Assembly (NCBI GenBank): GCA_043228905.1
Contig: JBHGNT010000005.1
Span: forward strand, 19,530,001-19,594,000
Length of the DNA stretch: 64,000 nt
Source of the DNA: Azolla caroliniana
Lineage: Eukaryota > Plantae > Polypodiophyta
Direction: 5' to 3'
Shown: in pieces, positions 1 through 10,882 of the stretch
Position numbering within the stretch: the stretch's first letter is position 1
Layout of the letters: each line of letters begins with the position of its first letter
Translations under genes and position numbers: made by a program
Notes under the pieces: generated by a model
Told to the model about the DNA's origin: nothing
What the model saw: only the letters and a program-made list of their open reading frames with translations
The model's database searches: none

Positions 1-50
1 TCCCAATAAGACCAGAAGGTCATGGGTTCAACCCCCACCATTGCATGTGA
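1..50 (+). repeat. Partial copy of the same tRNA-derived repeat
   Basis: CCCAATAAGACCAGAAGGTCATGGGTTCAACCC matches the family 3' half including the B-box. Confidence 0.65.
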
Positions 51-1347
51 CATCCTGTCTATGACACTTGACCGCATTCCAGTGCTCTCTTCCCGGATTT
101 CTCGTGAACCGGTTCACTACTCCGACAACACATGCAATATCCAGCCAAGTGAACACCATTGCGTACATTAAGCTTCCAAACGCAAAGGTGTATGGTATCT
201 TCGGGCTCTGCTTTCCGGATTAAGCTTCCAAACGCAAAGACATATGGTATCCTCGTCATATGGTATCTTCGGGCTCTGCTTTCCGGACAACTTCCAATTT
301 GCCGAAAGTGTCCATCAGACCGGTTTTGCCTCCGACATGTTGAACCTTTGAAGCACCTTTGTCACGTATTTCTCCTATGACAACCACAACAACTTCTCCG
401 ACCGATCCCAGATTATGTGCATCCCTAATATTTGTCTTGCCAGACCCAAATCTTTCATTGAGAAAGTCCGGTTCAAGGCCTTCTTCAGCATTCGGATCTT
501 GATTCGGTCTCATCCGACGATCAGCATGTCGTCCACATATAGCAGGAGTATCAAGAAGTCGTCTCCGTCAAATTTCTTCACGAACGCGCAGTGGTCAGCT
601 TGCGTCTTGTGGTACCCTTGGTCGGTCATGAAGGAGTCAAAATTCTGGTACCATTGTTGGGGGGCTTGCTTCAATCCGTATAAGCTCTTCTTCAGCCGCC
701 ACACCAATTGCTCCTTCCCTCTCTTCTCAAATACTTCCAGTTGATGCATGTAGATCTTTTCTTTGAGGTCGCCATGTAGGAATGCCATCTGGATGTCCAG
801 TTGCTCTACCTCGAGGTCCACGCATGCCGCTATGCTCAATACCATCCGGATGGATGTCATCTTTACTACCGGGGCGAAGATCTTGTCGAAATCCACTCCT
901 TTCTTCTACTAGAACCCCTTCACCACAATCCGGGCTTTGTACCTTGGTGGATTTCCGGCGTCTCCCGGTTTCAGCTTGTACACCCACTTGTTCCAGAGTG
1001 CCCTCTTTCCTTTCGGCAACTCCGACAGTTCGTATGTGTGGTTCTCATGCAGGAAATCCATCTCTTCCGGCTCCCCCTCATCGGTCAGCAATACGTGCTC
1101 TTCATCCGGAAATCTCTAGGGGGCTCTTCTCTCCTTGAGAGGGTATCTCCCGCCTTTGGTTTTCAACTACCAGTTCCTCCGTTTGTTCTTCATCTGAATC
1201 TGATTCGGGGTCTTCTTTGGTTCCAGTGTCTCCTTCTTCTTCTTGAGTCAGTTTAGTTTCTCGTCTGAATCCGGCTGGTTCATCGAGTGTCAATCTGTTA
1301 CTGGCTAGCTTTCGGTTGGATGATCTAGAGTTCTTCACCTTCTTCTT

Positions 1348-1929
1348 TGTTGGGATTGCGGTCCCTCCGGATGGGATGGTCGGATGTCCGGGAATCGGGA
1401 TGACGAAGACCCCGGCTACGGAGCCGGATGACGAAGACCCCAGCTACGGAGCCGGATGACGAAGACCCCGGCTACGGAGCCGGATGAAGTATGTACCCGG
1501 AGAAGGGCCCTTGAGGCTATATTTGTAAATAGCCCGAAAGTCATATGTGTATAAATATGACTTAGGGCAAACAGTTTTGTTGTTGTTGCTCATTTTCAGT
1601 TTTCCACTTAGAGGGAGCGAAGTGAGAGCAGGCGAGAGAGAGAGAGAGAGAGAGAAAGGAAGAGGTCGACGCCTCTGTGTAATACCGCCGCCTGTGGCGA
1701 GGACAGCGAGCTCAAGGTCGTCGCCTTGCAGCTCGCCATTGTACATTCCCTGCGTATAGTGATAGTTGGAGTCTTGCACTCCCGTGGTTTTTTTTCTGCT
1801 TAGGGTTTTCCACGCTAAACCCTGTGCATTCGAGTCTCTCTCTGTGTTTTGGATTTACTGCTGCACTGACTCGTGTTTCCTCGGTTGTGGCCGACGGAGA
1901 AGGTTTTGAAACCGTCGATTTTCACAACA
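1348..1929 (+). mobile_element. Solo LTR (582 bp) of a related copia family
   Basis: It starts TGTTG and ends CAACA, and is flanked by a perfect 5-bp TSD TTCTT (1343-1347 and 1930-1934). The host integrase C-terminal reading continues across it. It contains 3 copies of a 28-bp repeat and a TATAAATA box. Confidence 0.92.
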
Positions 1930-1992
1930 TTCTTCGACTCCTAGTCAGCAATGGTCATGTCTTCCATGAAGACTATATCCCGACTCCGGAAC

Positions 1993-3572
1993 TGTTGGGA
2001 GACAGACCCCTCCGGATGGGAAGGGAGAAGAACAGTGCCAATGAACAAACTCGGCCGAGGCCGAAACCAGATGACGAGTACCCAGTTACGGAGAGTCAGA
2101 TGATACAAACCCGGTGAAGACCGGATGACGAGTACTCGGCTTCAGAGAGCCGGATGATACAGACCCGGTGAAGACCGGATGAGGAGTACCCGGCTTCAGA
2201 GAGCCGGATGGTACAGACCCGGTGAAGACCGGATGAGGAGTACCCGGCTTCGGAGAGCGGGATGGTACAGACCCGATAAAGACCGGATGAGGAGTACCCG
2301 GCTTCGGAGAGCCGGATGGTACAGACCCGATGAAGACCGGATGAGGAGTACCCGGCTACGGAGAGCCAGATGGTATAGACCCGGTGAGAACCGGATGAAG
2401 AGACAGATTCGTAAATATGTTTCTGAGAGTCCATCATGGCTATATTTGTAAATAGCCGAAAAGTCATATTAGTATAAATATGACTTAGGGCAAACTTTTT
2501 AGTCATTGTTGTTGTCATCCTTGTTGGTGCAAGGAAAGAGAGAGAGCGCGTAACTGTGTACAGAGAGAGAGAGAGAGAGAAAGAGTTCGTTGCCTCTCTT
2601 GTAACCGCCGCCTGTGGCGAAGATTGTGAGCACGAGGTCGTTGCCTCCATGAACTCATTGTTGTACATTCTTACATAGTGACAGTTTGCAGCCTGTGGGC
2701 TGCCGTGGTTTTTTCCCTAGTTTGGGGTTTTCCACGTAAAGCTCCTCTATACTCTTCTCTTCTTCATGTCGTTGAGGCCGAAACCGGATGACGAGTACCC
2801 GGCTACGGAGAGCCGGATGATACAGACCCGGTGAAGACCGGATGACGAGTACCCGGCTTCGGAGAGCCGGATGATATAGACCCGGTGAAGACCGGATGAG
2901 GAGTACCCGGCTTCAGAGAGCCGGATGGTACAGACCCGGTGAAGACCGGATGAGGAGTACCCGGCTTCGGAGAGCCGGATGGTATAGACCCGATGAAGAC
3001 CGGATGAGGAGTACCCGGCTTCGGAGAGCCGGATGGTACAGACCCGATGAAGACCAGATGAGGAGTACCCGGTTACGGAGAGCCGGATGGTACAGACCCA
3101 GTGAGAACCGGATGAAGAGACATATTCGTAAATATGTTTCTGAGAGTCCATCATGGCTTTATTTGTAAATAGCCGAAAAGTCATATTAGTATAAATATGA
3201 CTTAGGGCAAACTTTTTAGTCATTGTTGTTGTCATCCTTGTTGGTGCAAGGAAAGAGAGAGAGCGCGTAACTGTGTACAGACACAAAGAGAGAGAGAAAG
3301 AGGTCGTTGCCTCTGTTGTAACCGCCGCCTGTGGCGAAGATTGTGAGCACGAGGTCGTTGCCTCCGTGAACTCACTGTTGTACATTCTTACATAGTGACA
3401 ATTTGCAGCCTGTGGGCTGCCGTGGTTTTTTCCCTAGTTTGGGGTTTTCCACGTAAACCTCCGGTGTACTCTTCTCTTCTTCGTGTCGTTCTTTATTTCC
3501 CGTTTTCTGTGTATGATTCTAAGCTCGGTTGTGGCCGAGCGTTGCGTATAGGGAGCATGTTGTTTCCCTTCA
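1993..3572 (+). repeat. 5' LTR of copia B (1580 bp, includes a 717-bp internal tandem duplication)
   Basis: TGTTGGGA...CCCTTCA. Segments 2057-2773 and 2774-3490 are near-identical, and each holds about 6 copies of a 54-bp repeat and a TATA box. Confidence 0.92.
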
Positions 3573-3574
3573 AG

Positions 3575-3586
3575 TGGTATCAGAGC
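3575..3586 (+). other. Primer binding site (initiator tRNA-Met)
   Basis: TGGTATCAGAGC, 2 nt after the LTR end. Confidence 0.95.
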
Positions 3587-3601
3587 AAAACGACACAGAA
3601 A

Positions 3602-6600
3602 ATGGACGAATCGTTTGGCGGCATGTTCAAGCTCACCGGCTCCAACTATTCAGTGTGGAAGTCGAAGATGAGGGACATGCTCGTGGTTAAAGACCTCTGG
3701 CTGCCGGTTCAGTTCGGGGACAAGAGACCGGACAAAATTGATGCCACGATATGGGAGGTGATGCACATGAAGACAACGGCATACATACGGTGCTTCATCG
3801 ACATGAGCCTGTACAACAACTTCAATGAAGAGAGCAAGGCTCATGAGCTCTGGGAGAAGATCGGCATAATGTTCCAAAACAAAAATGTTGTTAATCAGGT
3901 TTCGGTATTCCGGAAGCTAGTAAGACTCTGGTACCAAGATGGCTCCAGCATGGCGGAGCACATGAATGCCTTCCAGGGGCTGATCCACCAGGCAACTTCA
4001 TTGGAAGTACCTCTCGCCGATGAGGTACTAGCGCTACTCCTGCTTGGTTCCCTCCCGGATAGCTGGGAGACGTTGGTTGTCACTATGGGCAACGCCGGGC
4101 TGGAAGGAAAACGGTTATCCCTAGCAAGAGTAAAGTCGAGCTTGCTAGATGAGGAGGCGCGTCGGAAAGATAAAGATACGACCTCTGGCTCCAAAGCGCT
4201 ACTTACCGAATCGGAACGCGGAAGACAAAGAAACCGTAGTCCCCAGAACCGGGAAAAGTCGGGGACACGGTCAAAGTCAAGGGGGAGACCTACTTGCTTC
4301 TATTGCGGCAAGCCGGGACACTTCCAGAAGAACTGTCGGCATTTCCGTAAAGACAAGGAAACCGACGGCACCGATTCGAACCAACTCCGGACACCAGACC
4401 GGAACGGTAAAGACCATAGGGGACCGGACCGGAAGGGAACGACGGCAATCGCGGCAAGTGATGAGGAGTTGATGCTCATCACCGAGGAGAGTGAGATAAA
4501 CCTTGCCGGCGACGAGATGACCTGGGTGGTAGACTCCGGAGCGTCGTTCCACCTTACCCCGGACCGGAAATGCTTCTCATCCTACTCAGCCGGTGATCAT
4601 GGATGTTTCCGGATGGGGAATGAAGGTACATGCCGAATTGTCGGCATAGGAGACGTGTGGTTGTCGACACCAACCGGATACAAGTTGTTGTTGAAGGATG
4701 TCTGACACATTCCGGAGGTTCGACTGAACCTGATATCAGCCGGTCGGTTAGATGATGAAGGTTGCACGGGTAGCTCCGGAACGGTGTCATGAAGTTCAGC
4801 AAGGGGAGCCTGATTGTGGCTCGGGCCCGGAAGGTCAACACTCTGTACCTGATGAATGCCCGGTTATGTCCGGAGGAAGTGAACGTGGCATCCGACACTG
4901 CCGGTGAGCTGTGGCACAAGAGGTTGTGTCACATGAGCGAGAAGGGGATGAAGAGGCTTTCAGAAGACAACCTCATTCCAGTGAAGAACGTGCACTTGGA
5001 GAAGTGCACTAATTGTCTGGCTGGTAAGCAAAACCGGACCTCCTTCCGACCAAGGCCACCGATGAGACGTAATGCACCACTTGAGTTGGTGCATACTGAT
5101 GTGTGTCAAGTAGACACGAAGTAACATGCCGGAGCGCAGTACTTCGTGACGTTCATAGATGACCACAGCCGGAAGCTGTGGGCCACACCGTCGAAAACGA
5201 AGGATCAGGTGTTATCCGTCTTCAAAGAGCTCCACGCGAGAGTGGAAAGAGAAACCGGCCGGAAGCTGAAGGCGGTTCGAGCAAATAACGGAGGTGAATA
5301 CCGGGGGCAGTTCGAGGAGTACTGTCGCTCGAAGGGAATCCGGCTCGAATTTACCTTGCCGAAGACGCCGGAACAAAACGGGTTGGCCGAGAGGATGAAC
5401 CGGACCATAATGGAGAAGGTCCGGAGTATGCTAGCGCATGCAAAACTACCCAAGAAGTTTTGGGCTGAGGCATTGTCGATGGCGACATACATGATAAACA
5501 GATCACCCTCAGTACCCTTGGACGGAGACACGCGACAGAGAGTTTGGACCGGTAAGGAAGTGTCCTACCTGCATCTGAAGGTGTTCGGGTGTCTCGCGTA
5601 CATGCATGTAGCTAAGGACCGGAGAGGAAAGTTAGATCCAAAGACCCGGCCATGCATATTCCTCGGTTACGGCGACAATGAGTTCGGCTACCGAGTGTGG
5701 GACTTGGTCGACAAGAAGGTATTCCGGAGTCGAGATATTATCTTCATGGAGGACAAGACGCTCGCCGACTGGGAGTCGGAGAAGAAGATAATGAACTCCG
5801 AGTCGACCGGTAAGGATAGACTCTACGATGAGCAGACCCAACCGGCAAGAGACCAGTTAGCACTCGAGGAACCAGCCGGTTACGGTGAGGATACCGAACC
5901 GGCAGAAGAAGAAGTAGAGGAAGCTGAGACCAGAACTGGCCAAGACCCCGAATCAGATTCGGATGAAGAGCAAATGGAGGAACCGGTTACCGAAACCCAA
6001 AGATGGAGATATCCTCTCAGAGAGAGAAGGGCCCCCCAGAGATTTCCGGATGCAGAGCATGTTCTGCTGACCGATGAGGGGGAGCCGGAAAGCTGCGAAG
6101 AAGTGAAGGATGACACCCACAGCCACAAATGGTTAAGTGCCATGCAGGATGAGATGGATTCCCTGCATGAGAACCATACGTACGAATTGGTGGAGTTGCC
6201 GAAAGGAAAGCGGGCATTCCGAAACAAGTGGGTGTACAAGTTGAAACCGGGAGATGCCGGCAACCCCCCGAGATACAAAGCCAGGATCGTGGTGAAGGGG
6301 TTCTAGCGGAAAAAGGGCGTGGACTTGACGAGATATTTGCCCCAGTTGTAATGATGACCTCCATCCGGACGGTGCTGAGTATCGCGGCAAGCATGGACCT
6401 CGAGGTAGAGCAGCTAGACGTGAAGACGGCATTCCTTCACGGCAACCTCGAAGAGGAGATCTACATGCAGCAACCGGAAGGATTTGTGGAGAAAGGGAAG
6501 GAGCACCTGGTATGCCGGTTGAAGAAGAGCCTCTACGGGTTGAAGCAGGCCGCCCGGCAATGGTACCGGAAGTTCGACTCCTTCATGACTGATCAAGGGT

Positions 6601-7652
6601 ACCACAAGACGCAGGCCAATCACTGCGTGTTTGTGAAGAATTTCGAAGGAGTCGATTTCCTAATACTCCTTCTATACGTGGATGACATGTTGATCGTCGG
6701 ACGGGACCAAGTCAAAATACGGATGTTGAAGAAGGCTCTCAATCGGACCTTCTCAATGAAAGACTTGGGTCCGGCAAGACAGATGCTGGGGATGCACATC
6801 ATTCGGGACCGATCAAAGAAGCAATTATGGCTGTCACAGGAGAAGTACGTGACAAAGGTGCTTCACCGGTTCAACATGTCAGATGCGAAACCGGTCGGAT
6901 TGACACTTCCGGCAAACTGCAGGTTATCCGGTAAGCAAAGCCCGAAGACGAAAACAGAGAAGGCGGATATGATGAAGATTCCATATGCCTCTGCCGTCGG
7001 GAGCTTGATGTACGCAATAGTGTGTACCCGACCGGATATAGGATACGCAGTCGGAGTGGTGAGCCGGTTTATGAGCAATCCCGGCAAGGAGCACTGGAAC
7101 GCGGTCAAATGGATACTCCGGTATTTGAAGGGCACTTCAAATATGTGTCTCCGATTCGGCTCCGGAAAACCTCAACTTAACGGTTTCACCGATTCGGACA
7201 TGTCGGCTGATGTGGATACCAGCCGGTCTACATCCGGTTATGTAATGACATATGCAGGGGGAGTTGTTTCGTGGCAATCGAGGCTGCAGAAGATGGTTGC
7301 ATTGTCAACCACGGAGGCGGAGTACATGGCGGTTGTGGAAGCTGGCAAGGAAATATTATGGATGAAGGACTTCATCGAAGAGCTCGGTATCCGGCAAGAT
7401 GAATACCGGCTCTATTGTGACAGTCAAAGTGTCATCCACCTTGCTTAGAATGCGGCCTACCATTCCCGGACGAAGCATATCCAGCGAAGGTATCACTGGA
7501 TCCGGGAAAGAGTAGATGACCAGGATTTCGTGCTGACGAAGATCCACACGGCCGAGAACGGGTTAGATATGTTGACCAAAGTGTTGATACCCGACAAGCT
7601 GGATGCATGCCAGAAGAGGATCGGACTGGTAAGACACCCCATGCCGGAGTGA
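3602..7652 (+). pseudogene. Copia gag-pol polyprotein (gag, zinc knuckle, protease, integrase, RT, RNase H), disrupted
   Basis: Motifs CFYCGKPGHFQKNC, WVVDSGASFH, TPEQNGLAERMNRT, YKARIVVKGF, LLLYVDDMLIVG and ALSTTEAEYMA are present. In-frame stops occur at about 4705, 5124, 6306, 7448 and 7566, with frameshifts near 4775 and 6320. Confidence 0.93.
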
Positions 7653-7662
7653 AGGGGGAGTT

Positions 7663-8228
7663 TGTTGGGAGACAGGTCCCTCCGGATGGGAAGGGAGAAG
7701 AACAGTGCCGATGAACAAACTCGGCCGAGGCCGAAACCGGATGACGAGTACCCGGCTACGGAGAGCCGAATGATACAGACCCGGTGAAGACCGGATGACG
7801 AGTACCCGGCTTCGGAGAGCCGGATGATACAGACCCGGTGAAGACCGGATGAGGAGTACCCGGCTTCGGAGAGCCGGATGGTACAGACCCGGTGAAGACC
7901 GGATGAGGAGTACCTGGTGCAAGTAAAGAGAGAGAGTGTGTAACTGTGTACAGAGAGAGAGAGAGAGACAAACAGGTCGTTGCCTCTGTTGTAACCGCCG
8001 CCTATGGCGAAGATTGTGAGCACGAACTCACTGTTGTACATTCTTACATAATGATAGTTTGCAACATGTGGGCTGCCGTGGTTTTTTCCCTAGTTTGGGG
8101 TTTTCCACGTAAACCTCCTATGTACTCTTCTCTTCTTCGTGTCATTCTTTATTTCCCGTTTTCTGTGTATGATTCTAAGCTCGGTTGTGGCCGAGCGTTG
8201 CGTATAGGGAGCATGTTGTTTCCCTTCA
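7663..8228 (+). repeat. 3' LTR of copia B (566 bp, internally deleted)
   Basis: It has the same termini as the 5' LTR. At about 7914 it jumps from the 4th 54-bp repeat to TGGTGCAAG, losing the TATA region. Confidence 0.92.
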
Positions 8229-10328
8229 GGAACACCTTCATGCTGACCAGGTCCCACACTCGATAACCACACTCATCATTGTTGTATCCAAGGAATATGC
8301 ATGGTCGGGATTTCGGATCCAACATTTCTCTCTTGTCCTTTGCAACATGCACATATGTGAGACACCCGAACACCTTCAGATTCCGGTAACACACGTCTTT
8401 ACCGGTCCATACTCTCTGTGGTGTGTCTCCTTCCAAGGGTGCCGAGGGTGACCTATTAATCACGTTCGTTGTGGTCATCAGCGCCTCAACCCAAAACGTC
8501 TTGGGTAACTTTGCATGTGTTAGCATGCTTTCGACTCTCTCCATTATGGTCTGGTTCATCCATTCGGCCAGCCCGATCAATTCCGGCGTCTTCGTCACGG
8601 TGAATTCGAGCCGGATTCCCTTCGACCGGCAATACCCCTCGAACGGCCCTCGTTATCTGCTCGAACTGCCTTCAGCTTCTAGCCAGTTTCTTTTTCCACT
8701 CTCGCGTGGAGCTCCTTGAAGACGGACAGCACCTGATCCTCCGTCTTCAACGGTGAGACCCACAACTTCCATCTGTGGTCGTCTATGAACGTCACTAAGT
8801 ACTGCCATCCGGCATGTGACTTCGTGTCAACTTGACACACATCGATATGCACCAGTTCCAGTGGTGCATTTCGTCTCATTGGTGGTCTTGACCAAAAGGA
8901 GGTTCGGTTTTGCTTGCTAGCCAAGAAATCGGTGCACTTATCAAGATGCACGTCTTTCACCTCCAGAATGAGGTTATCTTCAGCAAGTCTTCTCATCCCC
9001 ATCTGCCTCATGTGGCACAGTCTCTTGTGCCACAACTCACTGGTAGTGTCAAATGCTACGTTCACTTCTTCCCGGAATATCCAGGCCTGCATCAAGTACA
9101 GTGTGTTGATCTTCCGGGCTCGAGCCACAATCAAGCTTCACTTGTTGAACTTCATGACTCCATTCTGGATGCTACCCGTGTACCCTTCATCATCTAGCCA
9201 ACCGGCTGATATCAGGTTCAACCGAACCTCCGGAACGTGTTGGGCATCCAGTTGATGTTGTCAACAACACATCTCCTATGTCGATGATTCGGCAAGTCCC
9301 TTCATTCCCCATTCGGACACCAACCGTGATCTCTGACTATGTAGGATGAGAAGCATCTCCAGTCCGATGTCAGGTGGAACGACACTCCGGATTCGACAAC
9401 CCACGTTGTCTCGTGGCTGACAAGGTTTAACTCATTCTCCTCGGTGATGAGCAATAGTTCTTCTTCACTTGTCGCAATTGCCAACATTCCCTTCCAATCT
9501 GAGCCTTTCCGGTCCGAACCCTTCTTCGAAGCGGCATTGTCGGTTCCTTTCTCTTTCCGGAAATGTCGACAGTTTTTCTAGAAGTGCCCTGGCTTCCCAC
9601 AATAGAAGCAAGTAGGCCTCCCCCTTGACTTCGACCTTGTCCCCGACTTTTCCTGGTTCTGGGGACTTCAGTACCGGTTTCTCCCCCGATTATGGTCATC
9701 TTCCGCAACCAAGACCTTCGGGTCGGTTCTGGAATCCCATTCCTTCCGGAGAGCTTCTTCATCTAGCAAGCTCGACTTCACTCTTGCTAGGGATAGTTTC
9801 TTTCCTTCCGCTTCGGCGTTGCCCAAAGTGACAACTAGCATCTCCCAACTATACGGGAGGGAACTGAGCAAGAGCAATGCAAGTACCTCGTCTGCCAGAG
9901 GTACTTCAAGCAAATTTGTTTGATTTATGAGCCCCTGAAATGCATTCATGTGCTCTGCCATGCTGGATCCTTCCTGATACCGGAGTCTCACTAACTTCCG
10001 GAATACCGAAACCCAATTTATAGCGTTTTTACTCTCCAGCATGGTGCCGATTTTTTCCCAAAGCACATGAGCCTTACTTTCTTCATTAAAGTTGTTGTAC
10101 ATGCTCATGTGAATGAAGCACCGTATGTATGCCGTGGTCTTCACGTGCCTCACCTCCCATGTCACGGCATCGATCTTATCCAGTTTCTTCCCCCAAACCA
10201 GCAGCCAGAGATCTTTGACCACGAGCATGTCCCTCATCTTCAACTTCCACACTAGGTAGTTGGAGCCCATGAGCTTAAACATGCTTCCGAATTACTCTTC
10301 CATTTTCTTGTTCGCTCTGATACCAAAT

Positions 10329-10882
10329 TGACGCGGAAATGACGCTCGGCCTCAACCGAGTCTTAAAACAACGAATGGAAGAGAGCAAACTGAAAATAAG
10401 ATGACACAAAATGTTAACGTGGAAACCTAAATGGGAAAACCCACAAGACCCCAATCACTATGAGGGGAGGAATACAATGTGAGACTCAGAGGCAACGACC
10501 TCGAGCTATATGTCTTCGCCAACCGGTGGTTACAATAGAAACTAGTATTGTATCTCTCTCTCTCTCGCTTTCTCACACTCTGTGTACAACGATGACACAA
10601 CCACAACTACACCATCTCTACATAAAGTGATTGCCCTAAGTCATATTTATACTTATATGAATTTTGGGCTATTTACAAATATAACCTCAATAGGCTAACC
10701 ATGAAACATATTTACACATATGTCCTTCGATCCGGTTTGTACCGGATCTATCCGGATTCACTCGATCCAATTTCCGAGTCTCATCTGAAACCCTTCCGGA
10801 TCCGGTTCCTTCATCCGACTCATCCGATCCGGCTCCTCCGGTTCTCATCTAGATCCCATCCGGAGGGAACGAATTCCCAGCA
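10329..10882 (-). repeat. 5' LTR of copia A (554 bp)
   Basis: TG...CA termini, directly followed by the PBS. It shares the TATA/palindrome core (TATATTTGTAAATAGCC...TATAAATATGACTTAGGGCAA) with the other LTRs in the nest. Confidence 0.85.

Larger units (their letters stand above)
1993..8228 (+). mobile_element. Structurally full-length Ty1/copia LTR retrotransposon (element 'B', Tnt1/Tork-like)
   Basis: 5' LTR 1993-3572, PBS TGGTATCAGAGC 3575-3586, gag-pol, PPT GAAGGGGGAG 7651-7660, 3' LTR 7663-8228. Perfect TSD GGAAC at 1988-1992 and 8229-8233. Confidence 0.96.
58..10882 (-). mobile_element. Degraded Ty1/copia LTR retrotransposon (host element 'A', Tnt1/Tork-like), 3'-truncated, interrupted by two nested insertions
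   Basis: The minus strand reads 5' LTR 10882-10329 (TGCTGGGA...CA), PBS TGGTATCAGAGC (10325-10314), gag (9668..10282 MFKLMGSNYLVWKLKMRDML, zinc knuckle near 9600), protease (WVVESGVSFH, 9302..9487), GAG-pre-integrase/integrase (8149..9134), then RT (909..1091, 510..896 LLLYVDDMLIVG). It ends abruptly near position 60, before RNase H. It has many stops and frameshifts. Confidence 0.93.

Noticed and set aside
2066-3120. 54-bp repeats and the repetitive ORFs they generate (e.g. MRSTRLRRAGWYRP...), possible CRISPR or repeat protein
   Set aside because: They are head-to-tail tandem units with no unique spacers, lying inside LTR U3. The ORFs arise because 54 is divisible by 3.
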